Positions 22,023 to 30,780 of a DNA stretch of 32,000 bases are shown here, in pieces. The stretch comes from Mycobacterium paraterrae. Lineage in GTDB: Bacteria; Actinomycetota; Actinomycetes; Mycobacteriales; Mycobacteriaceae. The notes under the pieces were generated by a model that worked only from the letters and a program-made list of their open reading frames with translations, was not told where the DNA came from and made no database searches. Location of the stretch: contig NZ_CP092488.2 in assembly GCF_022430545.2 (NCBI RefSeq), forward strand, positions 1,778,784 through 1,810,783. Reading direction: 5' to 3'. Position numbers and translations under genes: made by a program. Position 1 is the first letter of the stretch. Every line of letters starts with the position of its first letter.

Positions 22023-25000
22023 TCACACCAACCCCAGCACCGACAAATCGGCGACGTACTTGCTGATCAGCGTCCGGTCAAGGTGCGGGATGTCGTGAAC
22101 GTCGCCGACTCCGGCGCTGCGCACGGCATCGCGGAACACTGCAGTCGGAGCTGACGCGCCTCGCACTGGATGCTGTGGGCTGCGGAACGCGTCGAGCAGA
22201 GCCAGCACCGAGCGTCGCCGCTGATGTGCGGGAAGGCCGCGCAGCGCACCTTCGAAGCGTCGCACCCACTCGGCGTAGTCCTCGATGCGGGTGATCGCGG
22301 CGCCGCCGGCGATCAGCCAGTCCACGATCGCGTCCAATGAGATGTCATCGTCGTGTGGATTCATCACATCGAAGGACGTAAATCCCGCGCGCTGGTCGGC
22401 GCCGATCGTCGCGATCGCCTCGGCGACGAAACGAACGGGAAGCCCGTCGTAGTGCGCACGAGGCCGCATTCCGGAACCGTCACCGAGGTAGAAGCTGCCC
22501 GGGGCAAGGCCAGTCACCAGCACACTGAGCAGCAAGCGGGTGAACATGTCGGTCTCGTTGAGCTGTCCAGGGTAACGGTCGTGCCCCAAAATCATGTCGG
22601 CGCGAAAGACGTTGACCGGCAGTCCGCACAGGTCGTGCGCTTCTCGCAGCAGCACTTCGCCGGCCCATTTGCTGGTGGCGTAGCCGTTGGCGTAGCTGTC
22701 GTCGAGGAGGCGGTGTGGGCTGACCTGCCGGATGTCGCCGTCCTCGACGAAATCCGCTACGCCCAGTGTCATTGCCACTGTAGACAAATACGTCACAGGC
22801 TTGATGCGCTCAGTGATCGCGAGCCGGATGATCTCCGCGGTGCCAACGACATTGGGTCCGAACAACTGTCCGTAGGGCAGCACATGATTGACCAGGGCGG
22901 CGGGATGGACGACCATGTCGACGTCGCGAGCAAGCCGCCGCCAGGTCGGTTCGTCGAGCCCGAGATTGGGCTCGTTGATATCGCCGGGGATGACTTCGAG
23001 ATGGTGAGCGGCCAGCCTGCGAAAATCGGCCAGGGCTGCTCCGTCGCCGACGGCGAACGCGTCCTCAAGGCGGCGGGTTGCGGCGGCAGCGTCACGGCCG
23101 CGCACCAGTGCGATCAATCGGCCGCCGTTGTCTGACAGCCGTTTTAGCCATTCCAGGGCCAGGAATCTGCCGAGCCAGCCGTTGGCTCCGGTCAGTAGCA
23201 CGGTGGTGATCGTGTCCGCCGGGCTCGCGGCGTGGGGCGCTGCCCGCAATGTGTCTGCGTCGATGAAGCGTGCCAGGACCAGATCGTTGGCGGCGACTGA
23301 GGTGGCGTGGGGGCCGTGCACTTGTGCGGCGGTCGGGCGGGCACCGTCGGAGGCGCGTTCACCGTCGATGTATGTGGCCAGAGCTGTGAGGTCGCTCGAT
23401 GGCCCGATGATGACGCCCACCGGCACCTCGACGCCGAAGATTTCTTCGAGGAGCTTGGAGAAGCTCAGCGCCGACAACGAGTCGCCGCCGAGGTCGATGA
23501 AATGTGCGTCGCGGTCGGGTTGATCGTCCGGCAGCCCTAGCAGCGTTTGCGCCGCTTGAATGACGGTATCGAGTGCCGGTCCGGTGCCGCCGGCGCGGCG
23601 CAACGCCGAAAGGCCCTCAGAGCGCGCCGCGTCCAGTTCAGCGTACACATGCTCGAGTTGTTGCCCGTAGCGTTCTTTCAGTTTGGGGCGCAACAACTTT
23701 CCCACACCAGACAGTAGGCCGTTGCCAGGTGTGAAGGGCTCGTCGTCGATGAGGAAATCGGCGGGCACCTCGTAGGACTGCAATTGGTGGATCCGCGCGA
23801 CTTCTCGCAGCGATTCGCGCACGGCGGTCTTCAGCGCGAAGCGGTCTTGATACTTTGATCGCGCCTCATCGGTGGGTATCACCACCGCCAGCAGTGTTGA
23901 GCGAGCGCTGTTGCCGTAGAGGAAGATTTGACCTACCAGCGGTGCGCTGGCGAAAACTGTCTCCAGGTTCGCGACCGCGACGAATTCGCCCTGGGCAAGT
24001 TTGATGACGTTGTTGCGCCGGTCGACGTAGCGGACCTGGTTGGGCGCGATCTCGGCGACCACGTCACCGGTTCGGTAGTAGCCTTCGGCGTCGAACGCGT
24101 CGGCAGTGACATCGGGGCGCTTGAAGTATCCCGGCATGGCCGTCGCCGATTTGATCAGGAGCTCACCGCGCGGGTGCGGTCGATCGGTGGTGAAGTATCC
24201 CAGCTCGGAGACGTCGGTCAGCCGGTAGTCAAGTACCGGCGGGCGTGCGATGACACCGTCGCGTGATACCACGCCGATCTCGGTCAGGCCGTAGGCGTCG
24301 ATGACCGGTGCGTCGAGGGTAGCGCGTATGAACTCACGCATCTGGGATGACAGCGGCGCGGTCGTCACCATGCCTAGCAGCACCCGGCCCCCTAGCACCT
24401 GTTCACGCAACTCGGCCTTCGCGACAAGGTCGGCGACCGCAGCATCTTCGCCGGCGGACACGAGTTGGTCTACCCGCGTCTGGTGGCGCTGGTGCAGCAT
24501 GTCGACAACCCTGGGGACTAGCAGGATATGCGTCGGCCGCACTAGTCGCCAGTCATCGAACAGCGTCGACAAGTCGCTTCGTGCAACGAAATAACTGATA
24601 CCACCTGCTTGCAAGGCAACTGACAGAGCCGAGCGTCCGGCCATGTGATTCAGGGGCGCGAAGTTCACGTTGACGACAGGCAGCGTTGAGTCGATGACCA
24701 GGTTGGCTGTCCACAACGCGGTGACCATCCGTTCAGTCCACATGGCGCCTTTCGGCAGCCCGGTACTGCCAGATGTGTACAGGATCATGGCCAGCCTGCT
24801 GTCGTCGTCATCCATGTACGGTGCCGGTGCAGCGCGGCCGCGGCCGCGCAGGATGACGGTGCCGAGATCGTCGACGGTGACATCGTGTTCGGCCAGACGG
24901 GTGCGGGCAGCCTCTACGGAGGCACGGTGCCAGCGGACCCGGGTGTCGTAGTCGAAGGCCACAAGCCGCCGCACTGACGGCGTGTTCAGCGCGGCCTCGA

Positions 25001-25508
25001 TCCCGATGTCGAGATAGTCCATGCTTACCGTTAGCACTGCGGGCTGCGCTTCTTCGAGCAGCGGTACCAGCCGCGACGCCGCAAGGTTGTGCTGCAAAGG
25101 AACCGAGACGAGACCGAGATAGTTGTTGGTCAGATCGATGGTGAGGTAATCGGCGCTGGCGAAGCCGATCATAGCGACGAGATCGCCTGGGGTGAGCGGA
25201 TTTTCGTCAGAACTCCAAGCGGCGGCAATGTCTTTGACGTTCGACCACACCTGGGCATAGCTCACTGTGTCGAAGTGCGGCTGCAACTCGACCTCGCCTT
25301 CGGCGTTGAGCGTGGCAGCGCGCTGACCCAGCGCTGGCCGATCGGCGTAGCCGGTCATCATGATCTCGAGGACCTCAGCCAACCGCAAGCCCGGGCGGCG
25401 GAATGCCTCCACAACGGCCGGGTCAGGTTTGGCGGTCTGCAATTGGGAGATTTCGGTGACTTCCGGTACCGCTGCGCGGGTGCGGGCGTCAATCGCCTCT
25501 GAGCTCAT
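22023..25508 (-). CDS. car: Carboxylic acid reductase (adenylation - carrier protein - thioester reductase; FadD9/CAR-like)
   Basis: 1161 aa. AMP-binding motifs ILYTSGSTGLPKGAM and YRTGD. Phosphopantetheine site LGGDSLSALSF (Ser677, codon 23478-23480). C-terminal NAD(P)-binding reductase domain LLTGANGWLGRFL with YANGYATSKWAGE. GAAGGAAGGGA RBS. Confidence 0.93.
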   Translation of the reverse strand: MSSEAIDARTRAAVPEVTEISQLQTAKPDPAVVEAFRRPGLRLAEVLEIMMTGYADRPALGQRAATLNAEGEVELQPHFDTVSYAQVWSNVKDIAAAWSSDENPLTPGDLVAMIGFASADYLTIDLTNNYLGLVSVPLQHNLAASRLVPLLEEAQPAVLTVSMDYLDIGIEAALNTPSVRRLVAFDYDTRVRWHRASVEAARTRLAEHDVTVDDLGTVILRGRGRAAPAPYMDDDDSRLAMILYTSGSTGLPKGAMWTERMVTALWTANLVIDSTLPVVNVNFAPLNHMAGRSALSVALQAGGISYFVARSDLSTLFDDWRLVRPTHILLVPRVVDMLHQRHQTRVDQLVSAGEDAAVADLVAKAELREQVLGGRVLLGMVTTAPLSSQMREFIRATLDAPVIDAYGLTEIGVVSRDGVIARPPVLDYRLTDVSELGYFTTDRPHPRGELLIKSATAMPGYFKRPDVTADAFDAEGYYRTGDVVAEIAPNQVRYVDRRNNVIKLAQGEFVAVANLETVFASAPLVGQIFLYGNSARSTLLAVVIPTDEARSKYQDRFALKTAVRESLREVARIHQLQSYEVPADFLIDDEPFTPGNGLLSGVGKLLRPKLKERYGQQLEHVYAELDAARSEGLSALRRAGGTGPALDTVIQAAQTLLGLPDDQPDRDAHFIDLGGDSLSALSFSKLLEEIFGVEVPVGVIIGPSSDLTALATYIDGERASDGARPTAAQVHGPHATSVAANDLVLARFIDADTLRAAPHAASPADTITTVLLTGANGWLGRFLALEWLKRLSDNGGRLIALVRGRDAAAATRRLEDAFAVGDGAALADFRRLAAHHLEVIPGDINEPNLGLDEPTWRRLARDVDMVVHPAALVNHVLPYGQLFGPNVVGTAEIIRLAITERIKPVTYLSTVAMTLGVADFVEDGDIRQVSPHRLLDDSYANGYATSKWAGEVLLREAHDLCGLPVNVFRADMILGHDRYPGQLNETDMFTRLLLSVLVTGLAPGSFYLGDGSGMRPRAHYDGLPVRFVAEAIATIGADQRAGFTSFDVMNPHDDDISLDAIVDWLIAGGAAITRIEDYAEWVRRFEGALRGLPAHQRRRSVLALLDAFRSPQHPVRGASAPTAVFRDAVRSAGVGDVHDIPHLDRTLISKYVADLSVLGLV

Positions 25509-26363
25509 GGGATGTCCCTTCCTTCGACATCGGTGTGCAACGCGATGTGTTGCCGCCGGCTTCCCTCATCGAGCCTTCAGGGCTTATCTGCTGTGCGTTC
25601 GAATCCACCTCGCAGCGGGCGCAGGGCGGGCCTAAAATGTCTGCACGACAACGTATTTGAGGCAACGAACGCGCGTTGTATTCAGCGAGTGAAGTGGCAT
25701 TAATACGACGAATCGTGGCAGAAATCGGCGCCTCTGCCGGTCTGGACCGGCGACCAGTCGTCAACGCCTGACGACGCCACCGCTCAACCAGCCAAGGTCA
25801 CCCGACTCGCAGATGTTGCATACAACTCTCACGTTGCCTCGACGCTCGTTACCGTGCGGCCCTCCTCCTGCACCACCCTGCAGCGACGCAATGATCTCGC
25901 CCGAAAGGAGGTATCGCAAAAGATGTTGACAGCGCCAACCGGCGATCCTGCGTTGGGTCCGCACCGCGATTTGACCAGTGGGGCAACCGAACACCCGTGA
26001 AGAGCTCCGCGATGGCTTTGGGGGATTGCACGAGATGCGCGTCACTGCCAACGATCTCATCGAGGTCGTGCTGGCCTTAACACCAAGGCGGCGGGGCACC
26101 TTACGCCCTGTGGGCCGATTCGGCTGGGGGCCGTCGAGCTTGACGGCGTTCGCATGACACCGGTACTCACCTGGCTCGCCGCCGGCCGGGTCCTTCCAGG
26201 CGATCAGCTATACCGGATTCGCCTTGCCGCACCTACTTTCTGTGGCGCACAGTCACTTCCGGCTGGTCGCCGGTCAACGGCCTGACCGCCGTCACTGTCG
26301 CCGCAATCGCTTGTGCGGTGTGGCTGGCAGGCACCACGCGAGCCAGCCAGCGCGATGAAGGAA

Positions 26364-26397
26364 GGTCCCGCCCCGGAGACGTTGCCGGGGCGGGACC
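26364..26397. terminator. Perfect 13-bp GC-rich hairpin (candidate terminator 3' of SDR paralog 2)
   Basis: GGTCCCGCCCCGG (26364-26376) pairs with CCGGGGCGGGACC (26385-26397) around an 8-nt loop. It lies 26 nt beyond the SDR2 stop. There is no clear U-tract, as is common in mycobacteria. Confidence 0.55.
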
Positions 26398-26422
26398 TTA
26401 GGGGAGTTGATCGACGAGCTGC

Positions 26423-27130
26423 TCAGCCGCCCAGGATCGCTGTGTAACGCGACGGGTCTGAAGTGAGCGTGCTTTTAACCACGCCACTGATATCGTCGGC
26501 GAGCACCTCGGTGTGGCCGGCCTGCAGTCCGTCCAGCGCGGCTTTAACGACCTGCTGCGGCTCGACGTTGTCGATCGGGAACTGACTGCCCATCGTGGTG
26601 TTGACCGCGCCGGAGTGCAGTCCGACCACAAGGGTGTTCTGGCCGGCGAGCTCGAGGCGCAGCGCGTCGGTGAGGTTCCATGCCGCCGCCTTGCTGGCGC
26701 TGTAGCCCGCCATGCCCGGGAACGAGAACCACGACACCGCCGACAGAGCGTTGACAAGGGCGCCGCCACCGTTCGCCTTGAGCACGGGCGCGAACGCCTG
26801 CGCCACCGAGACGAGCCCAAACACGTTGGTCTCGAATTCCTGGTGAACCTCGTCGAGGTCAGCGGTGAGCAACGGTTGGCTCGTGGCGATCGCGGCGTTG
26901 TTGATCACGATCTGGACGTCGTGCGCCTGCCGAGCGGCTGCGGCCACCTGAGCCTTATCGGTTACGTCGAGGGCGATCGGCACCACACCCTCGGCTTGGG
27001 AAACTGTTTCGGGATTACGGGCGGCGGCGTAGATCTTCGCGGCGCCACGCTCACGAAGTTGACGAACCCATTCGGCGCCGATACCGCGATTGGCGCCAGT
27101 GACCAGAACTACCGAACCCTTGATGTCCAT
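26423..27130 (-). CDS. Short-chain dehydrogenase/reductase (SDR), paralog 2
   Basis: 235 aa from MDIKGSVVLVTGANRGIGAEWVRQLRERGA. YSASK catalytic motif. Same length as the SDR at 13592-14299 and about two-thirds identical to it by eye. The ORF-track start at 27511 is an unlikely extension. Confidence 0.9.
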   Translation of the reverse strand: MDIKGSVVLVTGANRGIGAEWVRQLRERGAAKIYAAARNPETVSQAEGVVPIALDVTDKAQVAAAARQAHDVQIVINNAAIATSQPLLTADLDEVHQEFETNVFGLVSVAQAFAPVLKANGGGALVNALSAVSWFSFPGMAGYSASKAAAWNLTDALRLELAGQNTLVVGLHSGAVNTTMGSQFPIDNVEPQQVVKAALDGLQAGHTEVLADDISGVVKSTLTSDPSRYTAILGG

Positions 27131-27809
27131 AGAAGTGCCCTTTCTTGTTTTCACCGACCCGACGTGTCCGCCGGTCACCCGTGCCCAACTGTCCGCTAGT
27201 TGCGTTCTATTCCGCTTTCGGACATAACATCTGCTGGGACCTACTGGCTTCGTGCGACATATCGCGCGTTTTGCAAATAACGTGACGTGATGAGTGCATT
27301 GATCGTGGGGGCGGGAAGTCACCTCTGCGTTCGACACTGCCCCGGGACTCGTCAACACTCGATCAGGTCCCAAAGGTGGGTTAGCTGAAAGCACTGCAGC
27401 GATGCGGCCGAACTCTTCCGGCCGGCACGAAATTTCCTCGGCTGCACTGGAGTTCGAGGACCCAGAGGTGGACTGGACCACGCAGTGTGGCGGCCTCGCT
27501 TGCAGCTTCAATGACCAACGCGATGGTGCGCGCTCCCGCGGCGCGATTCCTCTCGATCACCCCGGCCAGACCGGGGGACTGTCGTGGCTGAGAGCCCGTC
27601 TGTCGGTGCAGTGGGAATGAAACGTCGCCGACTAGCGCACGAGCCATCGATCTGCGATCTCTGACGATTGCATCGGTGGGCGGCCGCATAAAAGCCAAAT
27701 CATTTGATAGCCAGCCGAACAACACCCGCGCTACCGTCGCCAGCATCGGCGAGAGCACCCACTACCCGTGCGACGTCGCAGTGGCGGCTCTTTTGGCGGG
27801 AGGACGACC

Positions 27810-28736
27810 GTGCCCGAATACGCTGCGAGACTGCTCCTGCGCACAGACACCGTGTCAGCGTGGGATGTGGTGTGCCCTGGGTTGACTCGGGATCGCGCCG
27901 AGGAGGAGTCCGCGCCGGGTGCCCGGTTCGTCTTTCCGTACCGCGGTGTCTATGTTCATGCAGTCGGCCTCAGCGAGTACGTCGCCGACGCCAATCACGT
28001 AGTGATCGTCAATGCCGACGAGCCGTATCAGGTCAGTCATCCTGTTGATGGTGGAGATGCCACGCTCACTATCGGCATCGACCCTGTCGCGTTACACGAA
28101 CTCGCTCCACCGCAATATCTCAGTGCGCCGGGTCGTCTCGCATCGAATTGCCGCGTTCTGCGCATCGATGCGCACACCCAGATCACCGCGGCACAATTGC
28201 GTCAACGTCTCGTGCGGTGCACGATCAACCCAGCCGCCGCCGAGACGGTCGCCCTCGATCTGATCCGGCACACGCTAAGTGCCAACGGATCTCACACGGC
28301 CCGCAACCGAGACGGCCGCCCGCAACGAATGGTTGACCGTGTCAAGCTTCTATTGTCCGCTGACCCTTCGCGCAAGTGGGCCCTTGAGGAAATCGCTCAA
28401 TACATCGGCGTGACACCGGTCTATCTCACCGACGCCTTCAGACGGGTTGAGGGTATCCCGTTCTACCGCTACCACATTCGGCTCCGATTGGTCCACTCGC
28501 TCGCGGTGCTCGCCGACTACGACACCGTCGAATCGCTCGCCCACAGGTTCGGTTTCCATAGCCACAGTCACTTCAGCTCAGCGTTCAAACAAGCGTTTCA
28601 GCAAACCCCGTCGGAGTTTAAACGCTCAATCAGTCCCGGCGGTAGTGCAGGTCTCGCCCATCGCGAAATACGCGCCGTCGACGACGCGAGGGTCTACGTG
28701 TCTCGGGCGCTGCGGGCCAGCAAGCCGTTTTCCTAG
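27810..28736 (+). CDS. AraC-family transcriptional regulator
   Basis: C-terminal double HTH: WALEEIAQYIGVTPVYLTDAFRRVEGIPFYRYHIRLRLVHSL...LAHRFGFHSHSHFSSAFKQAFQQTPSEFK. The GTG at 27810 lies 5 nt after GGGAGGA. Confidence 0.85.
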   Translation: MPEYAARLLLRTDTVSAWDVVCPGLTRDRAEEESAPGARFVFPYRGVYVHAVGLSEYVADANHVVIVNADEPYQVSHPVDGGDATLTIGIDPVALHELAPPQYLSAPGRLASNCRVLRIDAHTQITAAQLRQRLVRCTINPAAAETVALDLIRHTLSANGSHTARNRDGRPQRMVDRVKLLLSADPSRKWALEEIAQYIGVTPVYLTDAFRRVEGIPFYRYHIRLRLVHSLAVLADYDTVESLAHRFGFHSHSHFSSAFKQAFQQTPSEFKRSISPGGSAGLAHREIRAVDDARVYVSRALRASKPFS

Positions 28737-29005
28737 GCGATGCCGATACCGGCGAGACCGATGACCAACGTGTCAGACAACGATGAATAACCCTGTTTAC
28801 CAACCTCGATGCACCAAGCCGCAGTTAGTTCAGCGACGCGTTCACACATGTTCAGACGACGCCGCATCCGCGTCGCTCCTGCGTTGCTCGTGTCGTACAC
28901 AAAGACCAAAGATTTCGACAGTGCTTCGGCGTCTCTATCCTGTAGCGTCGCCAAAGAAATTCTCGAAACATCCGGCTACGCTGCATCATCCGAAAGGTTT
29001 GCCGA

Positions 29006-29704
29006 ATGCTCACCTTCTCCCACCGCAATCCCGAGATGCAGCTCGAGCACGGCCGCACCGCCCTCGTCCTCGCCGACATCCAAAACGAGTTTCTCGCAGA
29101 GAGCGGGTCGTACTATCCGCTGATCGAAGACACCCTCAAACAGCACAGCGTCATCGAGCATCTCGAGCAACTGCTGCAGTGCGCACAAGACAACGATTAC
29201 ACCGTCATCCATTCCCCGCACTACTACTTTCCGACCGACGGCCAGTGGGTGGCCCCGGCGGGCGCCATCGCGGATTACCTCATCGGTGTCCCTGGGGGTT
29301 TCGTGTTGCGGACAGATCCCGTTGACCTCGACGGGCTGCCCGGTTCCGGGGCCGACTATTTCGAACCCTTCAAGAAGTATCTGATGAACGGCAAGACCGC
29401 GAATACCTCACCACACAAAGGCTTTTCGACGTGGCACAACGACGTGATCAAGCAGCTGCGGATGCGACGCATCGAGAAGGTGATTATGGCGGGTCCGGTC
29501 GGCAACCTTTGCCTGGAAAGCCACATGCGCGACATCATCGAGCACGGCTTCGAGGTCGCCATGGTGCGGGATGCGGTCGCGGGCGGGCGCAACGACGAAG
29601 GTGACGCCTACACCGCCGCGATGGTCAACTACCGCTTCATGGCCAACGCGCTATGGACCACCAACGAAACTTTGACCCGGATGACCGCAGCAGCGCAGGC
29701 CTGA
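29006..29704 (+). CDS. Isochorismatase-family cysteine hydrolase
   Basis: 232 aa. TALVLADIQNEF (Asp of the triad) and VIMAGPVGNLCLESHMRD (nucleophile Cys context) fit the isochorismatase-like hydrolase fold. Confidence 0.8.
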   Translation: MLTFSHRNPEMQLEHGRTALVLADIQNEFLAESGSYYPLIEDTLKQHSVIEHLEQLLQCAQDNDYTVIHSPHYYFPTDGQWVAPAGAIADYLIGVPGGFVLRTDPVDLDGLPGSGADYFEPFKKYLMNGKTANTSPHKGFSTWHNDVIKQLRMRRIEKVIMAGPVGNLCLESHMRDIIEHGFEVAMVRDAVAGGRNDEGDAYTAAMVNYRFMANALWTTNETLTRMTAAAQA

Positions 29705-29712
29705 GGTGTGAC

Positions 29713-30696
29713 ATGAAAGCCATCCAGCTCAACAGGCACGGCGATCCAACCGACGGGGTCAGCCTCGTCGACATCCCCGATCTCGGACCGCCAGGCCCCG
29801 ACGAGATCATCATCGATGTCGAAGCGTCGCCGATCCAGCCGACGGACCTATTGATGATCGCCGGAACATACGGCTATCAGCCGCCAACCCCGCACATCCT
29901 CGGAGTCGAAGGGGTAGGCCGGGTGTCAGCGGTAGGTAGCAATGTCACGCATGTGACCGAGGGCGACCGGACACTCATCCCGCCTTTCACCCCAGCTTGG
30001 TCGCAACAGGTCAAGACCAGCGCGCCGTGGCTCCGGCCGCTGCCCGACGGCGACGTCAACCAACTGTCGATGCTCGGCATGAACCCCCTCACCGCCTACG
30101 TGATGCTGACCGAATTCGGCCATCTCCAGCCGGGAGACTGGCTGCTGCAAAACGGCGCCAACTCCTCGGTCGGTCGAGCGGTGATCCCCATCGCCAAGGC
30201 GATGGGCATCCGCACCATCAATGTGGTCCGGAGGCCCGAACTGATCGACGAGCTGCTCGCCCTCGGCGCAGATGTCGTGCTGATCGACGGCCCGGACCTG
30301 CCGCAGCGCGTAACGGCCGCGACCGAAAACGCCGACATCATGCTCGCTTTCGACTGCGTCGGCGACACCACCACCGAAGAGCTGCTGAAGTCGCTGGCGC
30401 TGCACGGCAACGTCGTGGTCTACAGCGCGATGAGCGGAAAACCGTTCGCGTTGTCGGGCCCACGGTTGCTGTTTTTGGGGCAATCGGTTCATGGCTATTG
30501 GGTGTTCAACTGGCTCAACGACGCCGGGAACTGTGACAAGCTCACCGACATTTACGCCTACCTGGCCCCGCTCGTCGTCTCGGGAGCCATCTCATCGCCG
30601 GTTGCCGACACATTCGGTTTCGACCAGTTCGCCGAGGCCGCAACCGCCGCAGCGCGATTCCACGGAAAAGCCATCCTCACTCCGGATCCGCGCTGA
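29713..30696 (+). CDS. MDR-family NAD(P)H-dependent reductase, trans-2-enoyl-thioester reductase (ETR/MECR)-like
   Basis: 327 aa from the ATG at 29713, 8 nt after the upstream stop. IQPTDLLMIAGTYG, ILGVEGVGRVSAVG and NGANSSVGRAVIPIAKAMGIRTINVVRR resemble the ETR1/MECR subgroup. Confidence 0.8.
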   Translation: MKAIQLNRHGDPTDGVSLVDIPDLGPPGPDEIIIDVEASPIQPTDLLMIAGTYGYQPPTPHILGVEGVGRVSAVGSNVTHVTEGDRTLIPPFTPAWSQQVKTSAPWLRPLPDGDVNQLSMLGMNPLTAYVMLTEFGHLQPGDWLLQNGANSSVGRAVIPIAKAMGIRTINVVRRPELIDELLALGADVVLIDGPDLPQRVTAATENADIMLAFDCVGDTTTEELLKSLALHGNVVVYSAMSGKPFALSGPRLLFLGQSVHGYWVFNWLNDAGNCDKLTDIYAYLAPLVVSGAISSPVADTFGFDQFAEAATAAARFHGKAILTPDPR

Positions 30697-30780
30697 GGGC
30701 GACGGTGCCAACATCACGATTTCAGATGCGCCCTAGCGCTCGGCGATCCGCATCGATCGTTGACAGCGGCCGGTGAGCAG

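Noticed and set aside
27381-27758. 125-aa minus-strand ORF between SDR paralog 2 and the AraC gene, with a possibly NTF2/SnoaL-like feel (GDVSFPLHRQTG..., ARTIALVIEAASEAATLRGPVHLWVLEL).
   Set aside because: Third-position GC is mediocre. An overlapping plus-strand ORF (27402-27620) has an equal or better codon signal. There are no diagnostic motifs. The call is too ambiguous to make, and profile search plus proteomics would decide.
28733-28954. 73-aa minus-strand ORF overlapping the AraC stop and divergent from the isochorismatase gene.
   Set aside because: No recognisable domain or clear RBS, and only moderate codon bias. It would leave only about 50 bp for two divergent promoters.
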